A DNA stretch of 60,636 bases, the filler included, from Platydemus manokwari (taxonomy: Eukaryota), in assembly GCA_037951405.1 (NCBI GenBank). It is 6 parts of 6 records of this genome, joined end to end, with 100 filler letters (N's around TTAATTAATTAA, not from the genome) between each part and the next. Parts side by side here need not be neighbours in the genome. Positions count along the whole stretch, not along the records: positions 11,706 to 21,294 come from JBBMOY011228432.1; positions 21,395 to 30,176 come from JBBMOY011350982.1; 4 more parts are not named here. One strand, written 5' to 3'. Below the pieces are notes generated by a model that was not told the origin of the DNA, ran no database searches, and saw only the letters and a program-made list of their open reading frames with translations. Both the position numbers and the translations under genes were made by a program. Shown one piece after another: positions 11,706 through 22,928 of this stretch; positions within the stretch are counted from its first letter, which is position 1, and each line of letters opens with the position of its first letter.

Positions 11706-13410
11706 GAGAGAGATATTATAAATGTTATTAATTTTAATGAGCCAGTGATCTCACCTAATCCACATTGTTGGTGGGCAAAATATGGGTAAAATAAATAATT
11801 TTCATTTGTTATTCACAAATCTGTTTCAGGAAATATTAACAATAATTGTGACAAATAAGCTCTTTTGAAAACAAGCTTGGATAAAAAGTAAAAAAATATT
11901 TTATTTTCATAAAATTATCTACCAATTGATATAGATAATATATAACTACAAATACACTAATACATTATTAAACATATATTTATATTCATATTTATTCATT
12001 AAAAGTAGTTTTAATTCCCATATTTGATTGTCGAAATGTTCGCAATATATTCAATGCATAAGATCTAAATAAAATCGTAAATATTAAGTCATTGATTTTT
12101 GCTTATAAAATTTTAGGTGAAAGAATTTACGAAGATTTTATAAAAAATAATTTGTGCCAATCTGTCTATTTTGTTTTGGTCTATGCCAATAATTTTCATT
12201 TCTTTTTGCAACATAGTCCGGTAATTGAGTGAGTGTTTATAGTTAAATTAATATTCAAGGTCAGCTGAATAAAATGTTTTCAAATTATATAAACAAATTG
12301 CTTTTAAAGTTTTTTTTTTAATAGAAACCGACAACGAATCAAATCGAAACAGAATGTCGTTGGTAAATTACTTTACTGAATTACCAAAAAATATGAGAGC
12401 TACTATGCTAGAATGATGAAAACTAAACCATTTTATTTTTAAAAATGGTATTTAAGAAAAGTTACAATGGTACTTAACAGACTTAATTATTAAATTAATA
12501 TTGATATTATGAAAATATATCACTTCATATATTCTTCAAGCTAAGTTTTTCCAAAAATTTTCATTAAACCAAGTGATTTTAAGAATTAATAATATTAATT
12601 TTGCGACATTTTCTCTTAGAAAATCGATATTCATAAATTACATGTTTCTTAAATATTTCATTGAGACAACATTATCAAAATTTCGCTTAACTAGGATTTC
12701 ATAGTCTTAGCAAATATTTTGACATTAGTTATTTTAAAAATCCTAACAAAACATATTGTAAACAAACAATAGAGTGTGGGGCACCAGCCAGATGTAAATA
12801 TAATTTTGAAATAGAAATGTAGATTGCTTTTACCAGTAACGAAAGTAGTGAAAATAATAAAATAAAAATTATAGAATGTCAACCAAATAATAACAATAAT
12901 GACTACAATAATATTATTAATAATATAGATAATAATGTTACTATTAATAATTAACTGAATATAAGAATATTATAATTCTCTAAATGGACAATTCATAAGC
13001 TCAAAAATTCATCGATAAACAACATTAAAAAATTCCAAAATAAAAGTCACTCGAAGAAACAAAAGTGTAAAGAAACACATTTCAAAATCACAATGGGTCA
13101 GCATCTGAAAGATAGAAATAACATCAGAATTAATCGTTAAAAGTCGAGTCGTTTGAAGTAATTATGAACGCATTATAAAAGTAATTCATTTATATAAATG
13201 TTCTAGAATATTAGATTAACTTTTATATTTCGTTTGACTAAAAATATTAATAATTTTCTTCTAGAATTTCCCAAAAATATTTATGTTAAATTTTTCATAT
13301 ATATTTTAAAATTTTATTTTTAACATCGCCACAATAACATTAATATCAGTAATAATAATTAAAGTTTAAGTAATGAAATTAATAATTTCTGTCTAAATAA
13401 TTTGAAAGCC

Positions 13411-13436
13411 TATCATTATTATCATTATTATCATTG

Positions 13437-13476
<40 letters not shown>

Positions 13477-13496
13477 CATTATTATCATTATTATCA
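13411..13496. repeat. (TAT/CAT)n trinucleotide microsatellite abutting an N gap (13497-13627)
   Basis: Direct reading: tattattattatt.../tatcattat. The poly-Y/poly-L ORFs in the track are artefacts of it. Confidence 0.95.
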
Positions 13497-13700
13497 NNNN
13501 NNNNNNNNNNNNNNNNNNNNNNNNNNNNNNNNNNNNNNNNNNNNNNNNNNNNNNNNNNNNNNNNNNNNNNNNNNNNNNNNNNNNNNNNNNNNNNNNNNNN
13601 NNNNNNNNNNNNNNNNNNNNNNNNNNNTCAAAAAATTAATCATATATTTAATTTTTTACGTATAGCATTGTTTTAGATGTCATTCAAATAACTTTAAAAC

Positions 13701-16700
13701 CTTTCTATGAAGATCTGCAACTGCGTCCAATTCCTCCGTTTGACGAGTTCGAATATCTTCAACTTGTTTAATTCTATCTCTTAATTGATTATTTTCATTT
13801 TTCGCAATGGATAATTCCTAAAAAAATCTTGATAATTTTTCTTTAATTTATTTAGGAAAATCCACTTGGCTTAATCTTTCTACATTATCTTGATGATCTT
13901 CGTTTTGAACTCTCAATTGATTAATTAAAGTATCATATTTATCCAATTGTTTCGACATAGTAGCAATTGTTACATCCTTTTTATTCCCAGTTTCTGAGAC
14001 CCCTCAAAGGAAAAGTATTATAAAGGTATTATTACTAAAATTACCATTGACTCTGATTCAATAATATAAGCGTTTAGTTTCCAATGGGACATAAAACCCA
14101 GTACGGAAAATTAAATTTTATTATTACAAATTTACCTCTCTATGCCAAGTTGTATAGTTTTCTAAGCCAAAATAATTTTAGCAATCTCATAATTAGTGAT
14201 TTTATGAAATCTGTCTTTTAAGACACACCGAGAATGTATATTCAAATCCTTGAAATACCATGATTGTCAGTGTTTTAATACAGCGTTTTAATTCAATCAC
14301 AATTGTAAAAATATCCAAAAAAGGGTCTCCTTAATACAATTTTATATAGTTGTTATGATCGTTTTATTATTTTATTGGATTTTTTCTCATTTAATTAAAG
14401 TTAATAAAACAAATGAATTTTAATTATTTTAGTTGTCTTCGTAATAAACTATTATCAGATATTTAATGCACGAGCAAAGAAATCAAGAAATCATCAAATT
14501 CTATATTTTTATTATTTGTGAAAGCTGATTTATTTGTTGATATTTCACAGTTTATGGTGTCGAATAGGAATTAAATAGAATTGTGAATCAAGTTGCTATT
14601 TTAATTACAACCCTGTGATATGATTTTTTGGATTATCAATCGAGTTTGTTAATTACAAACATGTTTAAAAAATCTAATACTACTTATTTTTTATAAAAAT
14701 AATTGTAAAAATTAAGAGAATCTACCAGTTTGCTTCTAATGTTAAAATAAGGCGTCCTCGTTAAATTCCAATTTGACCAACTTTGATCGGATTTTCAAAA
14801 TATCAAATTTTATGATATTTTGAAGCTCTAGTCGATTTAATATTTTATTTCAAACAACTAAAAATTTTCTTGAGTACTTAAATAAAAAAATTCAAAATAT
14901 TTTTGAAGAATAAAATTTTATAAACTATATAGATCTTTGCAATACACTCAACGAATTAAAATTTTTATTTTAGGACCCTTTTTAACTTTGGCTCAAATTA
15001 AACACTTATATAGTATTAATCGAATCCTACGATTTTAATTTCAGCACACAGGATATCTTTAATATCGAAGATCCAATTTTAAGTCATTATAACTCCGATG
15101 TCTAATATACAATAAAAATAATTTGTGGAATATTAAGAGCAAATATATGAAATATATGGATTTTAAGTTATTTAATCTAAGAAAACAAATATAAAGAAAA
15201 TCAGTAAAAAAATCAACTAAATAATTGTAAGTTTATGAATAATTATTATAATAAAGTATCATATTAACAAGTTGATGGACTTTTTAATCCTTAATTTTCA
15301 CTCGTCATAGCACAGAATTTTATAAATTCTATTTCCCATTTGTAATAAACCACAGTATATTGAATTACATTAAAACGGAAGAAAAAATACTGTAAATGCT
15401 GGTCTCAAAACCGTTTTAAATTTAGAATAGCGATGAATTTGGTTGAAAATTATTTTATTATTAAAATACTGTTATAAGAGCTTACAAATCGATTTGTCCC
15501 GAATAAAACATTAATATTATTAGCAACGAATAAGAAAATCGAAAATAACCTTTTGTGTTGACTGATTTCGAAATTGATCTAAATTAAGTTGAATTATAAA
15601 AAATTACAAAATCAAAATTTTACCTCCAATAAAATAATTCTTTTTGATAAGTAATAATCCCTGCTAATGTCACTGCATCGAGCGTGGCCATCATAATTTC
15701 TTGTTCTAAAGCAGTTGACAATGAAACGAGATTAATTGCTTCATTTGTATTCAAATTGAAAAACTTTTACATGGACATTTCAGAATGATAGTGAAAGCAA
15801 TTGAACTCACTTCTAAGACTTCATTTCCATCTAGAATTCCACCAGATGCCCACAGTCTGACGATTTCTTCGGCTTCACAATATCTGTATGTATTTGTTAA
15901 AACAATATACATGCTCCAATAATTTCCAACCCTTTATTTTGAGGATCCAAAGTAGTAAATAGTCCACTGGATGTATCACTAGATAAATTCAGTGATTGAA
16001 CACCATTTTTAACATATTTTTTCAATCCAACCGTGAATTCCACAAATGAGACCCGATCATCATGATCGGTATCTATATTTGTAAAAAGGTTTTTCAAATC
16101 CTTAAAAATCACTCCTTATAACTCATATTTTCGTAATAAAATCCATACTTCTTGGTCTAGATTATTCATTCCTAAATGCATACAAACTTTTTCCAGTTCT
16201 GGAAGTGTTAGATAACCATTTTCGCCGATCTTTAGATCTTTCCATATTTGCTTAATTTGCTCATCATTTCGCTCAGTCACTTTTTGAATCTTTTTCTTTC
16301 TCGGAGAAACAGTTGGTTTTTCAGTTACTAAGAACAAGTTAACATGCAAATAAAAGTTTTTGTTGAAATTATATTTCAATAACCATTAGCATTTTCTGTA
16401 GTTGGAGGAGTCACAATTTCTTCTTCAACTTTCGCAATCTCCGATGAATCGTGATGAACATCAGCTTTTTGTTTGATTAAGCCCTTACGTGGTTTAGCAG
16501 CAAGCACATCCTTTTTTTCACTGGGAACTATTGGCTTTTCTTTGACTTCCTTAGGATCTGGGGAATCAATATCGGAATCTTCAGTGTAATTATGCTGTAA
16601 CTTGCTTTTCGGTAAGTTGCTAGCTCCACCGGGTCGCAAATTCTCGATAATTATAAGAAAATAATGTTTAAATAATAAATAATTTTTACCTCTAAAAAAT

Positions 16701-16716
16701 TCGTCAAACTGTTCAT
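13701..16716 (-). CDS. NINL: Ninein / ninein-like EF-hand and coiled-coil protein (spliced; 3' end not reached before the gap)
   Basis: Spliced reading: MNSLTNFLE (16716-16690) | NLRPGG... | ...DEQIKQIWKDLKIGENGYLTLPELEKVCMHLGMNNLDQE | DLKNLFTNIDTDHDDRVSFVEFTVGLKKY...LFTTLDPQNKG | YCEAEEIVRLWASGGILDGNEVLE | ...EAINLVSLSTALEQEIMMATLDAVTLAGIITYQKELFYW, matching the ninein-family EF-hand and following block. Phase-compatible coiled-coil exons at ~14002-13866 and ~13817-13701 are less certain. NIN versus NINL orthology cannot be resolved. Confidence 0.82.
14637..14998 (+). repeat. Dispersed AT-rich repeat, copy 1 (in a ninein-like intron); inverted copy at 47971-48328
   Basis: Collinear shared blocks such as tttgcttctaatgtt, aaacaactaaaa, agtacttaaataaaaaaattc, tttttgaagaata, aattaaaatttttatttt match the reverse complement of 47971-48328. 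Confidence 0.85.
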
Positions 16717-16966
16717 ATTGAGACTAAAATAAGTGATTGTAAAATCAATACCAAATGATTACTCAATATATTTCTATTATTCCACTACATATACAGATCA
16801 AAGCCGTGTGCTATTGGCTAATCACAATTATGAGTAAGTGTGTATAAGGTAAGGAAATGAATTTGAATTTCTAAACAGAAATGAAATTGATTAGCAATAT
16901 ATTATCAATATCTTAAATGAAAAGATATGCGTATGAATTTTTAATGCGTTCATTAAATGCAAATGA

Positions 16967-19235
16967 TTATTTAATCAGTGGGTTTAGCATATTAGACGAT
17001 ATTTCCATTCTCTTCACATCATCAAAATCCACAAGTCCATCATTTGATTCGACGATGCTTGACGTTGTTTCCGATAATTCAACGGGTTTCAAATCGGAAA
17101 CAAATTTACTGAAATTAAACGATCGACATTTTTGTCACAAGATCATTCAATCGCATTCACCGAATTATATGACAAACTTTAATTCGAGTTACGATGTTTG
17201 TGAAACGATTGCCCATGATGGAAACGATTGTACCAATCAATCGCATGTGGAAGCTTTTGAAGTGAATAATTGTTTCGATGGTAATGTCAGCAATAACCAA
17301 ATGGGAAATCGCCAATATTGTAATAAATGCATGTGGCGTGGTGAGGGCAGCTGTCAAAAAAATGAACCAGTCAATCATTATAAACGTATTGTGTATAAAA
17401 CTAATGATGATAAACTGGTGACGAAATATGATAACCAACTTAAATCAATATTCAAAAGTGAGCATCCAAAAATAGAAATCCAACCAATCACTCAATCTAT
17501 TCCTAGTCCACAAAAAATAATCGAACATTTAGGTAAAATTAATAATAATTTAATATTAACATAGCAATGCCAGCACCGTATTTGTTAAAAGTATTTTTGG
17601 ATTTTATCACAGGACTGAGGATTATAAATAATTCTGGTTAACGATGAGAGAAAATCACTGATAATAAGAAACAATTCTTTGAATAGATGAAAAATCATTT
17701 TAATTCCATTACTGATTTATAAGTTGACACCTGCTTATGAATATGTTGACGTATTTCTAAAGTGAAATAACGGTCCAGCGGTAAGCGATAACGATTCATA
17801 GTGAAATGAATGTGTGTTCGAATTCACCAATTAGAGAATAAATCACTAATTGATTAGATATTTTTCCCCACACAAGTGAGTAGAAAGAACTATCAATGTT
17901 GTTTTGTCAATGATTCAATCACCAAACTAGCATAAATCTTATAATCTTCCTTTATTACTAATTATTTTATTATAATTATTCTAGGCAATTAATTCACATT
18001 TAGAATTGTTACCCTATTGATTTTTATTATTTTATTCAGAAAAAAATTCATTAGATTGCAATATGAATGCAGCATTTGGATTGTGCTTGTTTGGATTTAT
18101 ATTCGTAGTTATAGGCACGAGTCTTTTCAGCGGTTGTTGGGTTTATCTAGTGTATGCTTCATGGAAAATATGTAATCGATTATCCTAGTGAGATTATATT
18201 TTAATCAACATGAAACATTTGTAAAATATTAATCATATTAGTGTGCACATTATATGGTATTCTATTTATGTCCTCAATGTAATAATGGTCGGATTCACAT
18301 TTATGGTCGTTATTTTGGTTTCCAATTCTCGTAACAAGCACAGTTGTTGGTCGGTTTGGAAGAATCCTCATTGTAGCAAAAATTGTAGTATTATAGTTAG
18401 TGTAAACTTGTTGAGTATGATAAAAATTTTCTTGATACAGCAGATCATTTAATAAGACTAAATCATGTTTTAGTTGAAACCCAGTAAAAAATGTTTTACA
18501 AATTTATAATTGTTTTAAAATTTATTTAGCAAATATTATATTAATCATTTTATTGATTTACTGGTGAAAGTTATGATGATAAATCGGATTGTCCACTTAT
18601 GTCCTCGCAATAGAAATCGGACACTTAAAGGCAATAGTACAAAAAATTAGAAAAATATCAAATGAGGGTCCCGTAAAATTATATATTTACAATGTAATAA
18701 TTTCAGTAACAATGTTTTGCTAATTTCAAAACCTTTTAAAATGTCTAAAATATAACATCTTCATAGAGCAATAATTACAGCACAATTTTGTACTGTAATA
18801 CTAAATTTGGGTATTAATTGTGTTTGATATGTCATAAAACTGGCAAAATATTCACCAAAACCATTGAAATAACCCACAAAGAGTTGATACATACATATTC
18901 GACAAGTTCACCTACTGGTGGCCAATCAGATGCTTCATATATATTAATTTATATAAAGAACTCAATAATCAATTAGTAAACCAAGCAACATACATTGGGA
19001 TTAACCAATGACAAGAAGTGTGCAAGAAAATCTGCTAATAAACCAAAGTGTGAGACACCAATTGAACACACACGAAAAACGTATAAAAGGAGTTGCATCT
19101 AACGCGCATCTGCCAGTCTTTATTCTAGATGCTTTATCTTTGCAGCTGCTGAATTTTGGGTGCTGATCTCGCTTTGACTTGATTATTGAGAATGTGATTT
19201 CGGATTGTGATTGCTTGACAATTTGGTTCTCTGTA
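16967..19235 (-). pseudogene. Highly divergent SLC1 (EAAT / dicarboxylate:cation symporter)-like transporter, possibly pseudogenising; 5' limit uncertain
   Basis: 3' exons splice cleanly (introns 17351-17385 and 17109-17160): ...SIFGCSLLNIDLSWLSYFVTSLSSLVLYTIPALTTPHAFITILAISHLVIADITIETIIHFKSFHMRLIGTIVSIMGNRF...LNPLIK*, resembling SLC1 HP2-TM8 (RTSVNVVGDSF). Upstream TFNKYGAGI resembles TINMDGTAL and DFLAHFLSLVNPN resembles DAFLDLIRNLFPEN. Middle exons contain stops or lack clean splice solutions. Confidence 0.5.
18063..18452 (+). CDS. Small multi-pass membrane protein, TMEM272-like (ends uncertain)
   Basis: Exon 18063-18187, GT-AG intron 18188-18241 and exon from 18242 splice in phase to give MNAAFGLCLFGFIFVVIGTSLFSGCWVYLVYASWKICNRLSYVHIIWYSIYVLNVIMVGFTFMVVILVSNS, with the G.WVY..Y...C....Y pattern recalled for TMEM272-type proteins. 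Confidence 0.45.
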
Positions 19236-19639
19236 ATTTATTGTGATCGTTAATTATAATTCCGGAATTTAGCGTTAGTAAGTATCGTAACAATTGTTTG
19301 AATTGGTCATTTAAAAATCTCATAAATTGAAGAATTTAAATTCAACCAAGTAAAGACGTATTAGAAAATAAAATTCAAAAGAAAACATTTTCGCAAAAAT
19401 CTTACTTTTTATGTGTATTACAATAGCTTAAACTAAGATTTGAGAGTCGGAACCTAAAAGGCTGTTAATTTGATAAGAATTTTCGATTGAAAACTCCAAA
19501 AACAGAAAAAGAAATGTTATGTACCAATATCAGATTTTTAATTATTAAATTGTTCAAATTGTATTTTTATTCCACTATTTAAATGATCTTATCCGGAGCT
19601 GTTAAAAATTTAAGCTGGCTTAATTTAAATTTAATTTAA

Positions 19640-19848
19640 CCCTTTCAATACTGCGGGGATATGTAAGTCCCAGAGAAAGATATTCGCATTAAACTACTGC
19701 AGGGACATATGTGTCCCAAGGCATTTTTTCAAAAAACCATATTTTCTAAAAATCTGAAATTATGTAAATATGTCCCTTTATTTATTTGCAGCACATATAG
19801 TTCAGTTATACAAAAATATTTTCACTGGCCAAAGTCGTATTGAAAGGG
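19640..19848. mobile_element. piggyBac-type MITE, 209 bp
   Basis: TTAA target-site duplication (19636-19639, 19849-19852); perfect 12-bp TIRs CCCTTTCAATAC / GTATTGAAAGGG; two subterminal GGGA..N..TCCC imperfect palindromes near the left end. Confidence 0.92.
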
Positions 19849-21294
19849 TTAAACTTACAGAAAAAGCGGCACCTAGTTCATCATGTTCTATAGCCCTGTA
19901 ATAAACATTTTGAAATTGCTATTATGCTTTTTTGAAAATAATTATAGCACAAATTATTTTTTATGTGTTATTAATAAACAAATTTGAGGATAAAGAAATC
20001 CGAATTTTATATTATTTAAAAATGCCTTTGTACGTCTTTTTATTATAGATTATATGATTTTTGGGTACAAAGCTAATCATTATCTAGAGATTCACGTATA
20101 TTATCGGTTATCTAAACTGATTATAAAAGAAGCTTTTAATTTTAAAAGATTTTAAATAATTAACGTGGATTTTTCTAAATTGAATTTTTTTTAATAATAT
20201 GTAATTCTCTCAGTATTTTCAATTTATTTATATGCCATCATAACCTAAGCAATGTATTAATATAAAATCCAATATAGATTTTATTTAGATCTTGCTCATA
20301 TTACTATTACAACTGATTTTGTGGATATTATTATTTACTATCATTTTCTACGTTATAATGGATTTCTATATAAACTTTAACAACCCGAAGATATTTTGCG
20401 GTAATTGAGAGATTTGTTTTGATTCCTGAATTCATTGAATTTCAATAGGAGTGATAGAATTGACGTTCGACTTTACAAAAATTCAAGTTTACAAACAACA
20501 TATAGACCCAACATTTCAACAATCATTGCTACTATCCCTAACTGGTTCTTTCGTAGAAATAATAGGATTAGTTAGTTTATAATTTGATTTATATTACTAT
20601 TAATCTTCTTTAGTTACTTGTAATAATCGGTGTATCGATGAATTATCAACAAATGAAGGGATTTGATAATAAATCCCAAACTTCAGAAGTTCGTGATATT
20701 TTATTAAAATATAAATTTTATAAAAAATAAAATGACTAAAAATCAAATCTAATTCATATATAATTTTATTTTTCACCACATTGTTTTTTATTATTAAAAT
20801 AATTGAATAAATACAAATATTAACTCAATTAGAAATAAAGATGTGTTTCTCTAAGTAATTTTTAATTGTGGCTTATTTTAATGGTGTCTATTTATTTAAT
20901 ATATCACTTTGCAATTTATATATTTCGTTTATACTTTGTTTTGTCGTATGATAAATAAAATGTGATTCAAATTTCAAAAATACCAGTAAATGCTGTTCTT
21001 TATATGCTGGTTGTTTTTAAGGTGTTTATGAAGTAATATATTTTCAATAATATAAGGTTTTTCTCTGTACAGGTTCTAAATAAATTCTTAAAGAATTGTC
21101 ATAAAAATTATATGAAAATTTATATATTCAAGAAACTATTGCGTAATGATATATTTATAATTATATATTTGATAAAAATGGTTTTCAAATATTTTATGAA
21201 TAAAATATTATTTAGTTCATTTCATTAATAACTCATAAGGGTCCAGAAAATCAATGAATTGATGGTAGAAATCTCATTTTTTACCAAGTATGAT

Positions 21295-21394
21295 NNNNNN
21301 NNNNNNNNNNNNNNNNNNNNNNNNNNNNNNNNNNNNNNTTAATTAATTAANNNNNNNNNNNNNNNNNNNNNNNNNNNNNNNNNNNNNNNNNNNN
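21295..21394. other. Artificial scaffold spacer N44-TTAATTAATTAA-N44
   Basis: Same 100-nt structure as 11606-11705. Confidence 0.97.
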
Positions 21395-21950
21395 GATTAT
21401 TTATTATTATTCATGTACCATTATTGATTATCATATTTATTCACAGATATTTGTCAGATCATTAAAAGATATTGTTAACAGAAGCACTATTAGCAAATAA
21501 ATCAGCTAAATACAAACCAAATTGAATTCGACAATTCATGATCTATTTATCAAGGCAATAATAAAATCACAAGACACAATAAGCTCAAAATAGAAATATA
21601 TCAGGATTTATTCGTTAATACATTTGATCAGAAACCCAGAATGCTTGATTCAATGATATCAATATGATTCAATATAAGCAATTTATCTTGATTTAAGTGG
21701 TTTTGTCTGAATTATTTTTTATAAAACGATATTTAATCCGGGAAAAAATAAATCCAGTAAGAAAATTATTAGAATCGAGGATACATCTAGAATGCCATCT
21801 CAAATTATTAAATAAGCTTTTTATAGAAATTTGATGCGCATATTTTTATTTTTCATATTCCAAATATTTGATTATAAAAATCATTTTAATGCTTTGTCAT
21901 TTATTAGAGACAAATAATAATTAATAATTATGATAATATAATAATGATAC

Positions 21951-22928
21951 CAACATTGTTCACGGCGCTTGATTAAGCTTTTAATATACTCTGCAGATCT
22001 TTCCGGTGGTTTCTCTCGATCACATCGGCGATACGAATGAATTTCAGGAGATCTATCTGACTGTCTGTTTCGATTCCTTGAATCATCATCACTAACCGAT
22101 ATTATTGACCGTTGTGATTGTTTCCTGCGCTTTTTTTTATGATTTTTGACTTTTTCAGAATAAAAATTGGACTGTTTTGATGACGAATTCGAAGATCTTT
22201 CTTTGTGAATTCTCTTCTTTGATTTTCGTTCAACTTTCTTTGGACTATATGTTAAAAACTTTAAATGAAAGTCACGTACGTATTAATAGATATATACGTA
22301 TCAATGATATTTTCTAGAAATACTTCATGATCATGCAATTGTCATTATATAACGGCATAAAATGAAATTCGATTTTTAAACAGAATTGTAAAATATAATT
22401 GATAACATTAAATTTACGATCTCTTTAAGATACCAAATGCTATTTCAATCATTTAATTTGATAAAAATCATTGATCAGTGATTAATAAGATTTACTAATT
22501 ATATAACTTTTTACAAATATACTTAAAAATTCTTATTTAATAATAAGAATCAAGATAAACCTTTCATTTTGGCTATCTTTTTCATCTGCTTTGATGTTTG
22601 TATCGAAAGAATTTAATACAAATTCACCATTATCTTCATAAATTTGAATTCCATTTTCCATTTCCCAATCACTGAGATCTTTACTACTATCAATATCTTT
22701 CTTATTCAAATTAATGTTGACAGTTTTATTATTGTCTTGCATTGAAGCTAATGCTTTTCGATACAACTCGCCTAATTCTCCCTACATTAATACAGATTAA
22801 ATTCCAAAATATAATTGTGAAATTGATATGTAAATAAAAATACTAGATCATAATATGGTCTAATAGATGTTAAAATGTATGATTAAAAATAAAATATTAA
22901 CCTCCATATACCATTTCTCATCATTCAT
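21951..22928 (-). CDS. Hypothetical spliced protein with acidic N-terminus and Arg/Ser/Lys-rich low-complexity region (5' three exons; 3' end unresolved)
   Basis: Phase-consistent exons 22928-22902 (MNDEKWYME), 22781-22561 (GELGELYRKALASMQ...) and 22244-21951 (PKKVERKSKKRIHKERSS...HKKKRRKQSQRS...RNRNRQSDRSPE...) with GT-AG introns. Confidence 0.65.

Noticed and set aside
13402-13676. Poly-Tyr / poly-Leu ORFs
   Set aside because: Microsatellite plus N-gap artefacts.
16917-17564. 215-aa plus-strand ORF
   Set aside because: Antisense to the spliced SLC1-like 3' exons, which have clean minus-strand splice sites; no motif in the plus-strand product.
9247-18835. Several in-frame TGA codons as evidence of a variant genetic code or selenocysteine
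   Set aside because: They occur only in loci that also have frameshifts or TAA stops. The reconstructed TTC29, NUDCD1, RADIL and ninein-like exons need no read-through, and RADIL ends on TGA.
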